NCBI GenBank assembly: GCA_963700285.1
Contig: CAVOXA010000001.1
Location: 640,001 to 704,000 of the forward strand
DNA: 64,000 bases
From: an uncultured Chloroflexia bacterium
GTDB taxonomy: Bacteria; Chloroflexota; Anaerolineae; JAAYZQ01
Direction: 5' to 3'
Below, in pieces: positions 1 through 9,553 of this stretch. Under the pieces are notes generated by a model. That model was not told where the DNA came from. It saw nothing but the letters and a program-made list of their open reading frames with translations, and ran no database searches. The first letter of the stretch is position 1, and each line of letters starts with the position of its first letter. A program made the translations under genes and the position numbers.

Positions 1-694
1 CGGATGGATCCGGCTCCTGTTCCCACCAAGGTACCTCCTCTGGCTCAGGCGCCACGGCGGCGCCCTGCCGCGCGATCCGCCAGCGGCTGAAAGAGGCCGA
101 GGTCAGCCGGTACTGGCGCTGGATCCAATACCACAGATCGTCCCAGGACACGGGCAGTACCAAAAAGAGGGCGAAGAGCAACCCCGTCCACAGGACAAGC
201 GCGCCAATCAGTATGCCCAGCCCCTCTAGCAGAAGCACTGCCAGCGCCCAGCCCACGTGACCCCCGGCCCGGCCGTGTTGTGCCGCCTCCAGAGATGCCT
301 CGACACCCGAGCGAAGGACCAGCGGCATGTGGCTGGCTGCCAGGGTGACCAGGAACAGCAGTTCTAGGCCGATGGCGGCTCCTATGTCAAAAGGCACATG
401 GTCGCGCATGTCCTGCCATAGCAGGTAGATTCCCGCCAACGCAAGTCCTAGGGCCACCAGATAGGCACCCCAGCCAAAGAGCCGCTGCAAAGTTGTCGCC
501 CACCAGCCCAGGATGGCACCTGACGAAACTCCAGCTAAACTGAGCAGGGTCAGAACAGCCACGATAAGCAGCACCAGGCCAATGGCCTCGCGCTGTATCG
601 GTCCCAACTGGAGTTGCTCACCTGGCCATGCCGCCTGTAGCCGCTGCCCAATGGATGGTTTCTTTCTGGCGTTCCTTTTGCTTTTGCTGCTCAC
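1..694 (-). CDS. ftsK: DNA translocase FtsK, N-terminal membrane region (runs off window)
   Basis: Manual translation from GTG at 694: MSSKSKRNARKK...PIQREAIGLVLLIVAVLTLLSLAG...GWWATTLQRLFGWGAYLV, typical of FtsK 4TM N-termini. The motor domain is outside the window. Confidence 0.65.
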   Translation of the reverse strand, partial: MSSKSKRNARKKPSIGQRLQAAWPGEQLQLGPIQREAIGLVLLIVAVLTLLSLAGVSSGAILGWWATTLQRLFGWGAYLVALGLALAGIYLLWQDMRDHVPFDIGAAIGLELLFLVTLAASHMPLVLRSGVEASLEAAQHGRAGGHVGWALAVLLLEGLGILIGALVLWTGLLFALFLVLPVSWDDLWYWIQRQYRLTSASFSRWRIARQGAAVAPEPEEVPWWEQEPDPS

Positions 695-704
695 GGTTTG
701 ATTC

Positions 705-1805
705 TCAAGTTGACATTCCCGGTTCGCTGCTGTGCACCTGGCGGAGGCTCAAACCTATTCGATGCTTGGCTGTATCGACATTCAGTACCCGTACCTGGAT
801 CACATCCCCTTCGCGGACGACGTTTCTGGGATGCATAAAACTCCCTTCCGCCAATTCTGAGATGTGGACGAGTCCTTCAAGTCCCTCTTCAAGGCGGACA
901 AATGCACCAAAGCTCACCACGTTGGTGACGATTCCCTCGACCAGTTGGCCTGCCCAGTACCGAGTTTCTACCTGAGTCCAGGGATCTGGGCGCAACCGTT
1001 TCACGCTCAGGGCAACTCGGCCTTGATCGGGATGCACGCCCATCACCTGAACCTCAATGTCTTGGCTGGCATGCAGCACATCGCCTGGATGGCGGACCCG
1101 TTCCCACGAAATCTCAGAGATATGCACCAGGCCCTCGACACCCCCAAGGTCCACAAAAGCGCCAAATGTAGTCAGGTTGGTTACAATACCCTGGCATACA
1201 TCCCCTGGCTGTAGTCTGTGCAGGATGCCCGAGGGCGAGCCTGTCTGCTGGGTAGCTGCCCGCTCAGAGAAAATCAGTTGATTCTGAATCGGATCCACTT
1301 CAATGAGACACGCTGTCAGTGACTGGCCGATGCGTCCAGTAAGCTCTGATACCCGGTCGTGGTGCCCGTGCGGTCGTGTCACCTCCTTCAGATGAGAAGC
1401 AGGTACAAATCCCTTCAGGCCGTTCCACTCTACCAGAAGGCCACCTCGATTGGCACCGCAGATGCTCAGGTTGAACACGTCACCTCGTTCCAGGGCCAGG
1501 TGTGCGGCCTGCCACTGGTCCTCCTGGTTTTCGTCCAGTATGGACCCTGTACTATCGCTTCCCATCCCTGACATGATACCCAGGGAGCCAAAGATCTCCT
1601 GGGACTCTGCTGGGGGTACAGCCCATGCCGCGATCTCGCCTTGCTCCAATAGTACGCGCCAATAGTCCTCGTCAAGTACTGTCCACCAACTGTGGTCGTC
1701 TGCTGGTGCCTGCCGCAGTTCCAAACTCTCCTCCAAGCCTCTCTGCTTTCGGTTTTCTCTGTGACCCGCTCCTACTGGCTCTTTGTACCCAGTCTCAGAC
1801 ACCAC
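705..1805 (-). CDS. S1 RNA-binding domain protein (short ribosomal protein S1-like, 3 S1 repeats)
   Basis: S1 motifs NRGGLLVEWNGLKGFVPASHL, FGAFVDLGGVEGLVHISEISW, FGAFVRLEEGLEGLVHISEL. Confidence 0.9.
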   Translation of the reverse strand: MVSETGYKEPVGAGHRENRKQRGLEESLELRQAPADDHSWWTVLDEDYWRVLLEQGEIAAWAVPPAESQEIFGSLGIMSGMGSDSTGSILDENQEDQWQAAHLALERGDVFNLSICGANRGGLLVEWNGLKGFVPASHLKEVTRPHGHHDRVSELTGRIGQSLTACLIEVDPIQNQLIFSERAATQQTGSPSGILHRLQPGDVCQGIVTNLTTFGAFVDLGGVEGLVHISEISWERVRHPGDVLHASQDIEVQVMGVHPDQGRVALSVKRLRPDPWTQVETRYWAGQLVEGIVTNVVSFGAFVRLEEGLEGLVHISELAEGSFMHPRNVVREGDVIQVRVLNVDTAKHRIGLSLRQVHSSEPGMST

Positions 1806-1835
1806 ACAAAGGAATGTGATATGATTATAGGATAC

Positions 1836-3806
1836 TCAAACTGGATTGTCAAGGTGGTTTTCCTGTACCACGACGTCAGGCCTGCCATCGCCATTCGGCG
1901 GAGGCGAGTTTCCATTCTGCTCCAGATCGGTCAGGACTCTGGCGACTTCGGTGATCGCGACACGCTGTTTCCGATACAGGTCTGACTCGCTCATGGCCAG
2001 GCGGTTGGCGACGTCCCTCACTCTCAGTCCCCGGATAAACTTGAACTCCAGGATGTTGTATAATATCCAGTCCGTGGTCGTCATCTGGCGCTCTCCCTCG
2101 GGCCGCAAGAGTTCAATGGCCTCGTGCAGAACGCTGCGAAGGGCATGTGTCGGAGGCCCACCCTGATCCTGGAGGGTGGAGCGCACGATACGAAGACCCA
2201 GCAAAGGACTCTCTGTTAGCTTTGGGCCGCCCCAATAGTGGCTCAAGGCATCCTTGACCCACTGCTGAAACTCGGGTGCATAGACGGGGCTGTCGGAAAT
2301 GATTTGCATGGGCGGCGCCCCGGCGTAGCGGGTGGCACCCCGCCATCGATGCAAACGTTCGATGTCAGGCACGATGTGACGCAGTGTATCGAACACGCTT
2401 TCCTGAAGGTAGCGATCCTCCAGAGCTTCCTGCGCTCGCCTGATGAGATGTGAAGCAACCTCCTGTTCCGAATCGGTGAGGTCAGGCTCTGGCCCCGGGG
2501 CCTCTACGCCCATCACTCCGAGGAGCATGTCGCTGCTCTGGCTGTGGAGCGGTACCAGCCAGAACTCGTTGCCAAGTGCAAAGTGGTTGCCCTCTTCCCG
2601 GTTACCGATGGACATGGCCACACTGGTCAGATCCCGACTCTCTAAGAAGCTGTCGACTCGATTTCTTTCCCCACAATGTGCTTCCAACCGGTGTTGCCCG
2701 CCAGCTAACACGGCGACAAAGCCGGTCCGGACCTGCAATAGATCGCAGAGGGCGGCCAACGTGTTCTCCAGAAAGGACTGTAGATCCCCAGTCGTGAGCA
2801 GCCGCCGGTCCAAAGTCTGTATCCAGGCAATCTCTTCTCGATCTTGGCGATAAATAATGCGATCGATGAATGGTTTGAACAAGTTGATGGCCAGCTGCAA
2901 AAGAACGACCACGCCAACTACTGCAAAGATGAGAACGGTGTCCCGTGGCAACCCAAGGATCTGCTGGACTTTGGGCACGGCCAACATGGTAAAGATCACC
3001 ACAGCGCCAACAAATGGACCGCGCAGCAGATAGTGGATGAGGCTGTGTTTGATCACTCGATCAGGCGTGAGGGCGCCAAAGTAGGCGACGCTGTATGCCA
3101 TGAGCACGATCATCAACAGCACGCCGATGTTACCGACCAGAAGCAGCGTCAAGAAGGCGCTAGGCGGCAGTGAAGCAGGCATGCTGGTGAGCAAAAGATA
3201 AGGAAAGACCCCCAAGGCGGGAGCTACAAAGGCAAGGCCCAGATAAGTCATACGCCGTCGCGATGCCCGGGTCAGGCAGCGGCGCCGGGCACGAAGGATA
3301 TTGGCCGCACCCCAAGCCACGGTTACAAAGAAATAGAGGGCAAAGACCCAGAACAGCGGTCCGGCAGTAAGATGGGAGGCGCGAGGCAAGTAGATGCCGT
3401 CGGCAACCAATAGATCGGTAAAGAAGACCAGCCCCAGGAAGCCAATACCCGCAGCATAGCTGAGCCCCGCGGCGATCCTTTGCCAGCGCGTCCGAACGTG
3501 AGTGGTACGCAGTAGGGCCACAGAGAAGTCGAGATAGGCAGCTGGCACGAGGGCGATGCCTATCCATTGAAACCTGAGCCAGCGGACAGCGTCCTCCTGA
3601 GCATCGACTCCATAAAGCGCCACATCACCGATGTATACAATCAGGACAAAGGCAAGGAGGGCACAGAAGGCCCGGGCCACGGGGCTTCGGAAGTTGTGGG
3701 TTAGAAGATAGATCAGTAGCGAAAAAGACGTGAGAACGATCGTGGCCGAGAGAACCTGGTTGGCCAGGGTCAGACTCCCGGTCATCAACGCTGTGATGAC
3801 TGACAT
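1836..3806 (-). CDS. Membrane sensor with HisKA_7TM-like N-terminus, GAF-like middle and C-terminal HTH; no kinase domain
   Basis: About 9 hydrophobic helices. The C-terminus LRVRDVANRLAMSESDLYRKQRVAI is HTH-like. No H-box or G-box motifs seen. Confidence 0.65.
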   Translation of the reverse strand: MSVITALMTGSLTLANQVLSATIVLTSFSLLIYLLTHNFRSPVARAFCALLAFVLIVYIGDVALYGVDAQEDAVRWLRFQWIGIALVPAAYLDFSVALLRTTHVRTRWQRIAAGLSYAAGIGFLGLVFFTDLLVADGIYLPRASHLTAGPLFWVFALYFFVTVAWGAANILRARRRCLTRASRRRMTYLGLAFVAPALGVFPYLLLTSMPASLPPSAFLTLLLVGNIGVLLMIVLMAYSVAYFGALTPDRVIKHSLIHYLLRGPFVGAVVIFTMLAVPKVQQILGLPRDTVLIFAVVGVVVLLQLAINLFKPFIDRIIYRQDREEIAWIQTLDRRLLTTGDLQSFLENTLAALCDLLQVRTGFVAVLAGGQHRLEAHCGERNRVDSFLESRDLTSVAMSIGNREEGNHFALGNEFWLVPLHSQSSDMLLGVMGVEAPGPEPDLTDSEQEVASHLIRRAQEALEDRYLQESVFDTLRHIVPDIERLHRWRGATRYAGAPPMQIISDSPVYAPEFQQWVKDALSHYWGGPKLTESPLLGLRIVRSTLQDQGGPPTHALRSVLHEAIELLRPEGERQMTTTDWILYNILEFKFIRGLRVRDVANRLAMSESDLYRKQRVAITEVARVLTDLEQNGNSPPPNGDGRPDVVVQENHLDNPV

Positions 3807-3952
3807 AGAGAATCAACCCCACAGAGCCCGAAATATACAGCAGACCACGCTACTGCCTCTCATCACGTCACCCAATAAAGCCCCGTCCGTTCCCAAAAGC
3901 CCGTCGCGGTGTGCATGCTGTCGCCCTGCCGCCAAGGCCACCGCGAGTACCG

Positions 3953-4483
3953 TTAGCGAATCGGCTGCACGAAGAACAGGGCGATGTCCTGGTTCGGATA
4001 GTAGTGATCATTGAAGCCGCAGAAACGGAAACCCAGTTTCTGGTATAGACTCAGGGCTGGAAAGTTCTTGGTCGTCGCCTCGAGCAACACGGTCTTCAGA
4101 CCTTGTTCCCTGGCCCACTGGCGGGCTTGACCCACTAGCGCCGCACCGATCTTCCGACGCCGATACCCCCTGTCCACAGCCAGATTGACCACCTTGCCCG
4201 ATCCAAGCCACGGCTGGGCGATTACATCGACATAACCCCTTACCTCACCATCTACCTCGGCGACAAAGAACCCCTCTCCGCGCTGCCAATCTTCCACCAG
4301 TTGCTCGACGTCACGAGGGTACTGGATCTGCATCCGGCGGGGTAGGCGCACGATATCGAAAGCCACACTCACCCTGAGCTGTGACCTTTGGTCCTGCATC
4401 TGCCAAACGTGGTCAGTCTCGCAGCTGGGATCCAGCGAAAGGCAAGCATTCAGATCGGCCAAGGTAGCTGGGCGGATGTCCAT
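3953..4483 (-). CDS. GNAT family N-acetyltransferase
   Basis: Motif A LAVDRGYRRRKIGAAL; motif B NFPALSLYQKLGF. Confidence 0.9.
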   Translation of the reverse strand: MDIRPATLADLNACLSLDPSCETDHVWQMQDQRSQLRVSVAFDIVRLPRRMQIQYPRDVEQLVEDWQRGEGFFVAEVDGEVRGYVDVIAQPWLGSGKVVNLAVDRGYRRRKIGAALVGQARQWAREQGLKTVLLEATTKNFPALSLYQKLGFRFCGFNDHYYPNQDIALFFVQPIR

Positions 4484-4565
4484 CGATTCTGAGACCCCGT
4501 GCTTTGTCCGAACCCAGGTTCACATGTTGCTTTCCCATGTTGGACAAGGTTCCAAATCTAACCTG

Positions 4566-4594
4566 ATTGTACCATTCTCAGCCGGAAAAGGCAA
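4566..4594 (-). promoter_or_regulatory. Sigma70-like promoter for GNAT operon
   Basis: TTGCCT-17-TACAAT with extended -10 TG on minus strand. Confidence 0.5.
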
Positions 4595-4819
4595 GCGCCT
4601 GGAAGCAGGAAGAGCAAGCAGCCCGTAGAACGTACCCCCTTGCAGCCCTATGAATGACCTACCCGACCGGAACTGCTTTGCACTCAGGTATAGGCTGGGG
4701 GACGGGGGCTGGTTGTACTCCGAGGGTGTGCATTCGGGGTCTGGTTCAGTAAGAGGTTCTTGTGGCTACCGCCTGCACCCCTATTCCAGTGCCCAGAACA
4801 CAAGTCCGGAGACCTTGAT

Positions 4820-4848
4820 TTGGCAAAATCCTCCGCCTCTGGTATAAT
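4820..4848 (+). promoter_or_regulatory. Sigma70-like promoter for hisS
   Basis: TTGGCA-17-TATAAT with TGn extension. Confidence 0.6.
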
Positions 4849-4901
4849 CGATCTATCCAATTAGGAATGATGGGTATGGGGAAGGCGATGGTTTCTAGCT
4901 G

Positions 4902-6173
4902 ATGGCAACAAAGACAACGATTCAAGCTGTAAAGGGAACCCGAGATTTTTACCCGGAGGCGATGGCCTTTCGAAACTGGCTCCACGACAAAGTGCGGGCT
5001 ACCTCCAAACGCTTCGGCTACCAGGAATGGGAGGCTCCAATCCTGGAGCGCCTAGATCTCTATGCGGCCAAGAGCGGTGAGGAACTGGTCAAGGAACAGT
5101 CCTTTGTCCTAACCGACCGGGGCGGTGATCAGCTAGCCTTACGCCCCGAACTGACCCCTTCCCTGGCGCGGTTGGTAGCCCAGCGGCAGGCAAGCCTGAT
5201 ACTGCCGGCGCGGTGGTTCTCTTTCGGCCCTTTCTGGCGCTATGAACGGCCCCAACGAGGCCGAACCCGTGAGTTCTTCCAGTGGAATATCGACATCTTG
5301 GGCGCCGAAACCCCTGCCGCCGACGGCGAAATCGTGGCCATCGGCGCCGAGTTCCTGCGCAGCCTGGGCTTGAGCGCCAGCGAAGTGGGCATCCACGTCA
5401 ACAGCCGGCGGCTGATGGAGCAGCAACTGGCTCGAATCGGCGTGGTGGACGAGCAGCGTGTAGACGTCTTTCGCTTGATCGACCGTCGTGATCGCCTCTC
5501 CCCAGATAAGTGGACCGAGTGGGCTCTGGACGCTGGTCTGTCAGAGAGCCAGTTGGCGGCTCTTAGCGACCTGTTGGCCAACGCTGACCTGTGGCAGGAA
5601 TCGGACGAGCTGCGCCAGGTCTTTGCCACAGCGGAGGCCTTTGGTGTGGCTGAGTACCTCACCTACGATGCGAGCATCGTGCGCGGGCTGGACTACTATA
5701 CTGGCCCGGTCTTTGAGGCCTACGATCGGGAGCGCAGGTTCCGCGCCATCTTTGGTGGCGGCCGTTACGACAACTTGGTGGCTGACGTCGGGGGCGACCG
5801 CATCACAGGCGTCGGTTTTGCCATGGGCGACGTAATCATCGAGTTGCTTTTGGAGCGAGTGGGCAAGTGTCCAGATCTTCCCGCTTCGCCCAGCCAGGTG
5901 CTGGTCACCCTCTTTGATGCCGATCTGTACTCCCAGACGCTGGCCTTCGCCGGACGGCTGCGCCGAGCGGGGGTCAATGCCGAACAGGTCCTGGAGCCCG
6001 CCCGCCTGGGCAAGCAGATCCGCCTTGCTGACCGCAAGGGCATTCCCTGTGTCGCCATCCTGGGGCCTGACGAACTGGAAGCCGGCCAAGTGGTGCTCAA
6101 GAACCTCTTGACAGGTGAGCAGCAGTCATGCTCGGAAGGGGAAGCTATCGAGCTGCTTCGATCGGGCCGCTAG
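4902..6173 (+). CDS. hisS: Histidine--tRNA ligase
   Basis: KGTRDFYP, LRPELTPS, WRYERPQRGRTREFFQ, RGLDYYTG, GGGRYDNL, C-terminal anticodon-binding domain. Confidence 0.97.
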   Translation: MATKTTIQAVKGTRDFYPEAMAFRNWLHDKVRATSKRFGYQEWEAPILERLDLYAAKSGEELVKEQSFVLTDRGGDQLALRPELTPSLARLVAQRQASLILPARWFSFGPFWRYERPQRGRTREFFQWNIDILGAETPAADGEIVAIGAEFLRSLGLSASEVGIHVNSRRLMEQQLARIGVVDEQRVDVFRLIDRRDRLSPDKWTEWALDAGLSESQLAALSDLLANADLWQESDELRQVFATAEAFGVAEYLTYDASIVRGLDYYTGPVFEAYDRERRFRAIFGGGRYDNLVADVGGDRITGVGFAMGDVIIELLLERVGKCPDLPASPSQVLVTLFDADLYSQTLAFAGRLRRAGVNAEQVLEPARLGKQIRLADRKGIPCVAILGPDELEAGQVVLKNLLTGEQQSCSEGEAIELLRSGR

Positions 6174-6252
6174 CATCAAGCCCCGGTCTGTTTCAACGGC
6201 TCGGACGCCAAATAAGGTTGCCCTGAGCCCTGAACAACCTTCAATGTTGAGC

Positions 6253-6281
6253 TTGACAAACATCCGAAAATAGGGTATGAT
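6253..6281 (+). promoter_or_regulatory. Near-consensus sigma70 promoter driving an ORF-less transcript
   Basis: TTGACA(6253-6258)-17-TATGAT(6276-6281). Confidence 0.7.
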
Positions 6282-6287
6282 AGACCT

Positions 6288-6573
6288 ACCTGATGTACCG
6301 CTAGGATTCTAAGGGACATCACTTTGATGTTGCTTTTGCCTTGTTCATAGGGCTTGCTCCTGGTCTCCAAGTGGGGAATCTGGTACGTAGTGGGTTGCGC
6401 TGATTCTAGGCCGCTCACGAACAGTTGTGCTTGCGGGGCAGAGATGCTCCGCCCAACGTAGGTCTGTTCGGACAGGAGGGCGTGGTCGAAAGGGTTGGGG
6501 GGGCCCTTCGGCTAGTAGTAGTGTCAACCTGAACCGACAGATAGGGGTGACGCCGCCCGGTGTCACCCCTTTT
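6288..6573 (+). ncRNA. Candidate structured non-coding RNA (~285 nt), family not recognised
   Basis: Bounded by a promoter and a terminator, contains several hairpins and no convincing ORF. Confidence 0.45.
6543..6573 (+). terminator. Rho-independent terminator
   Basis: AGGGGTGACGCC-gccc-GGTGTCACCCCT followed by a T run. Confidence 0.75.
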
Positions 6574-6576
6574 ACG

Positions 6577-6605
6577 TTGTATTTTGCCCGTGTTTCTGGT
6601 ATAAT
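6577..6605 (+). promoter_or_regulatory. Sigma70-like promoter for HerA-like ATPase
   Basis: TTGTAT-17-TATAAT with TGn extension. Confidence 0.5.
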
Positions 6606-6824
6606 CTGCAAGCTGCAGGTTGCTGGCAGTAGCTTGCAGCCCGCAGCCTGCCATTCAGAGTTCATGCCCGATCCTTGAACGTGTGGTTACTGCCCGGAAA
6701 TGGGTAGTCATGATCTATGTTGAGCACGGGCTCCGCTGGACTTGCTACCGAACCCAATCATGAACGCGCGTGCTGTGGCGGATTATCCCGGATAAACAAA
6801 GCAGGAGAGGAGACGAACCCGAAC

Positions 6825-9365
6825 ATGGACCCAGTGGAAGAGCGACTAGCAAGCTTTTATTTGGGACAGGTGCACGACCTGGTGCAGAATGAGACCCTCG
6901 ATCAAGTTGTGGACTATGATGCTCGCGACTTGACAACCCACGCCGTCTGCCTTGGCATGACCGGCAGTGGTAAAACGGGTCTGGGCGTGATCCTGCTGGA
7001 AGAGGCCGCCCTTGACGGCGTTCCATCTTTGGTCATCGATCCCAAGGGCGACATGACCAACTTGCTCCTGACCTTTCCCGACCTATTGACCGAAGATTTT
7101 CAACCCTGGATCAACCCCGACGACGCCCGGCGCAAGGACATGGATCAGGAGAGCTATGCGGCCAGCATGGCCAATCTCTGGCGCAAGGGGCTGGCTGAGA
7201 CGGGACAGGGCCCGGAGCGCATCCGCCGCCTCAAAGAGTCCGCGGATTTTGCCATCTATACGCCTGGCAGCAGCGCCGGCCGGCAGGTAAGCATCCTCCA
7301 CACGCTCAAAGCCCCTGACCTTTCCTGGGACATCGATTCGGAACTGCTGCGGGACAAGATTGAGAGCGTCGTCTCGGCTCTGTTGGGCCTGATTGGCATC
7401 GAGGCCGACCCGGTGCGCAGCCGCGAGCACATCCTGTTGTCCAACATCTTTGAAAACGCCTGGCGCGCTGGCGAGGACCTCGACCTGGCGCAACTGATCG
7501 TGCGCGTCCAGAAGCCGCCCTTCTCCCAGCTTGGCGTGTTTCCCGTGGATACCTTTTTCCCGGAGAAGGACCGCATGGAACTTGCTATGTTGCTCAACGG
7601 CCTGATGGCCTCCCCGGCCTTTGCCGATTGGATCCAGGGCCAGCCCCTGGACATTGATGGACTGCTGCATGGTACTTTGGGCAAGCCGCAGGTCAGTGTC
7701 TTGTACATCGCCCACCTCTCGGAGCCGGAGAAGCAGTTCTTTGTCACCCTGCTCCTGGAGCAGGTGGTGAGCTGGATGCGGGCCCAGAGCGGGACCACTA
7801 GCCTGCGGGCTCTGGTCTACATGGACGAGATGTTCGGCTACCTGCCGCCCCATCCCGACAACCCGCCTACCAAGAAACCGCTGCTCACCCTGCTCAAGCA
7901 GGCGCGCGCCTTTGGCCTGGGTCTGATCCTGGCCACCCAGAACCCGGTTGACCTGGACTACAAGGCCCTGTCCAATGCGGGGACCTGGTTTATCGGCCGT
8001 ATGCAGGCCGATCGCGACAAGCAGCGCCTGCTGGACGGGCTGGAGGGTGTGCAAGTGGGCAAGGGCGGCACCAGCCGCGCTGAGTTTGACCGCATGATCT
8101 CGGCCGTTCAATCGCGGGTGTTCCTGCTGCACAACGTCCACGAAGACGAACCAGTGGTATTCCACACCCGCTGGGCCATGAGCTACCTGCGCGGCCCGCT
8201 CACGCGTACCCAGATCCAGCAGCTCGTAGCTCAGCAGGCTGTGGCCCCGGCTGCTGCCGCGGCACAGCCCGCTGCACCCCGAACTCAAGCTTCTTCCATG
8301 TACGTTGCGCCGCCCCCGGCGCCACCGCCCGAGCCGGTGATCCCCTATGGCCAGGTGCCGCCCCAACTGCCCTCAGGTGTCACACAGGTATATCTCCCGG
8401 CGCGGGTTTCCTTTGAGGATGCCTTGGACAAGCTGGCCCGCGAGCAGCGCTGGTCAGCGCGTTCAGCGCAGGATGCCGAGGGATACCTGGTCTACGAACC
8501 CAATCTGGTGGGACTGGCCACACTCCGCTTCCCGCACACCAGGAGTCGCCAGACCGCATCCCGGGAAGTTGCCTACCTGCTGCCCGCGGAGGCTGATCTC
8601 GGTGGTCTGGACTGGTCGCGGGGCCAGGTGGTATTGGATATCAGTGACCTGGAGCGGAATGCAGAACCGGATGCTTATTTTGCCGAGCTGCCCGCCGATC
8701 TGGGCGGCCTCCGCAGTCTCAGTTCCTTCCAGAAAGACTTTGCCGACTATTTGTATCACAATTCGTCCATCGCGCTATTGTACAACCCCAAGCTCAGTCT
8801 CTATTCCAAGCTGGATGAGTCCGATGAGCAGTTTCAGATGCGATGCCGCCAGGCTGCCGAGAAGGCGCGTGATGCCGAGATCAAACGGCTCGAGGCCAAG
8901 TACGAGAGCAAGTTGGATACCTTGGAAAACCGGCTGGAGCGCGAGGAACGTGAACTGGAGGAGGATAAGGTCGAGCACAGCGCCCGCAAGCAGGAGGAAT
9001 TGTTGTCGGGTGCCGAATCGCTCTTTGGCATGTTCTCAGGACGCAAGTCATCGCAGCGTCTCTCCTCGGCCAGCCGCCGGCGACGCATGACCCGCCAGGC
9101 CAGAGCGGAGATCAAGGAATCAGAAGAAGCCATTGAGGAGCTGGAGAAGGAGATCGAGGAATTGGAGGCTGAGGCCAGGGGCGAGGTGGAAGAGGTCACC
9201 GCCCGATGGCAGACCTATCTCGAGGAAATGCAAGAAGAGGAGGTCCGGCCACGCCGCACTGATGTGCAGGTCAACGTCTTTGCCCTGGCCTGGCTGCCCC
9301 GCTGGGAGGTAGAGGTTGCAGGCCAAACTCTGACTGTCCCGGCCTTTGAAGCGGAGCCGGTATAG
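6825..9365 (+). CDS. HerA/FtsK-superfamily ATPase (DUF87/DUF853-like) with C-terminal coiled coil
   Basis: Walker A GMTGSGKT, IDPKGD, Walker B YMDEMFG, LATQNPVDLD, E/K-rich tail. Start moved to ATG 6825 behind AGGAG. Confidence 0.85.
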   Translation: MDPVEERLASFYLGQVHDLVQNETLDQVVDYDARDLTTHAVCLGMTGSGKTGLGVILLEEAALDGVPSLVIDPKGDMTNLLLTFPDLLTEDFQPWINPDDARRKDMDQESYAASMANLWRKGLAETGQGPERIRRLKESADFAIYTPGSSAGRQVSILHTLKAPDLSWDIDSELLRDKIESVVSALLGLIGIEADPVRSREHILLSNIFENAWRAGEDLDLAQLIVRVQKPPFSQLGVFPVDTFFPEKDRMELAMLLNGLMASPAFADWIQGQPLDIDGLLHGTLGKPQVSVLYIAHLSEPEKQFFVTLLLEQVVSWMRAQSGTTSLRALVYMDEMFGYLPPHPDNPPTKKPLLTLLKQARAFGLGLILATQNPVDLDYKALSNAGTWFIGRMQADRDKQRLLDGLEGVQVGKGGTSRAEFDRMISAVQSRVFLLHNVHEDEPVVFHTRWAMSYLRGPLTRTQIQQLVAQQAVAPAAAAAQPAAPRTQASSMYVAPPPAPPPEPVIPYGQVPPQLPSGVTQVYLPARVSFEDALDKLAREQRWSARSAQDAEGYLVYEPNLVGLATLRFPHTRSRQTASREVAYLLPAEADLGGLDWSRGQVVLDISDLERNAEPDAYFAELPADLGGLRSLSSFQKDFADYLYHNSSIALLYNPKLSLYSKLDESDEQFQMRCRQAAEKARDAEIKRLEAKYESKLDTLENRLEREERELEEDKVEHSARKQEELLSGAESLFGMFSGRKSSQRLSSASRRRRMTRQARAEIKESEEAIEELEKEIEELEAEARGEVEEVTARWQTYLEEMQEEEVRPRRTDVQVNVFALAWLPRWEVEVAGQTLTVPAFEAEPV

Positions 9366-9553
9366 CCGGTTGCCCCGAGGTGCCAGTCATGGAGGCTGGA
9401 ACAACAGCGTAATCGCGAGCGACAATCGGTCAGGTCACTGCGAGTGTACCATGGCGTAAGATACCACAAGGGCAGGGACCTGGATGCCCGCGATGAAGGG
9501 CATAGACCTTTCCACCGGATATCAAACCAACAAGAAGGAGAACCAAACAAACC

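Noticed and set aside
6288-6573. SRP RNA, tmRNA, RNase P or T-box identity for the candidate RNA
   Set aside because: Diagnostic motifs not found, and it lies downstream of hisS with its own promoter, so it is not a T-box leader
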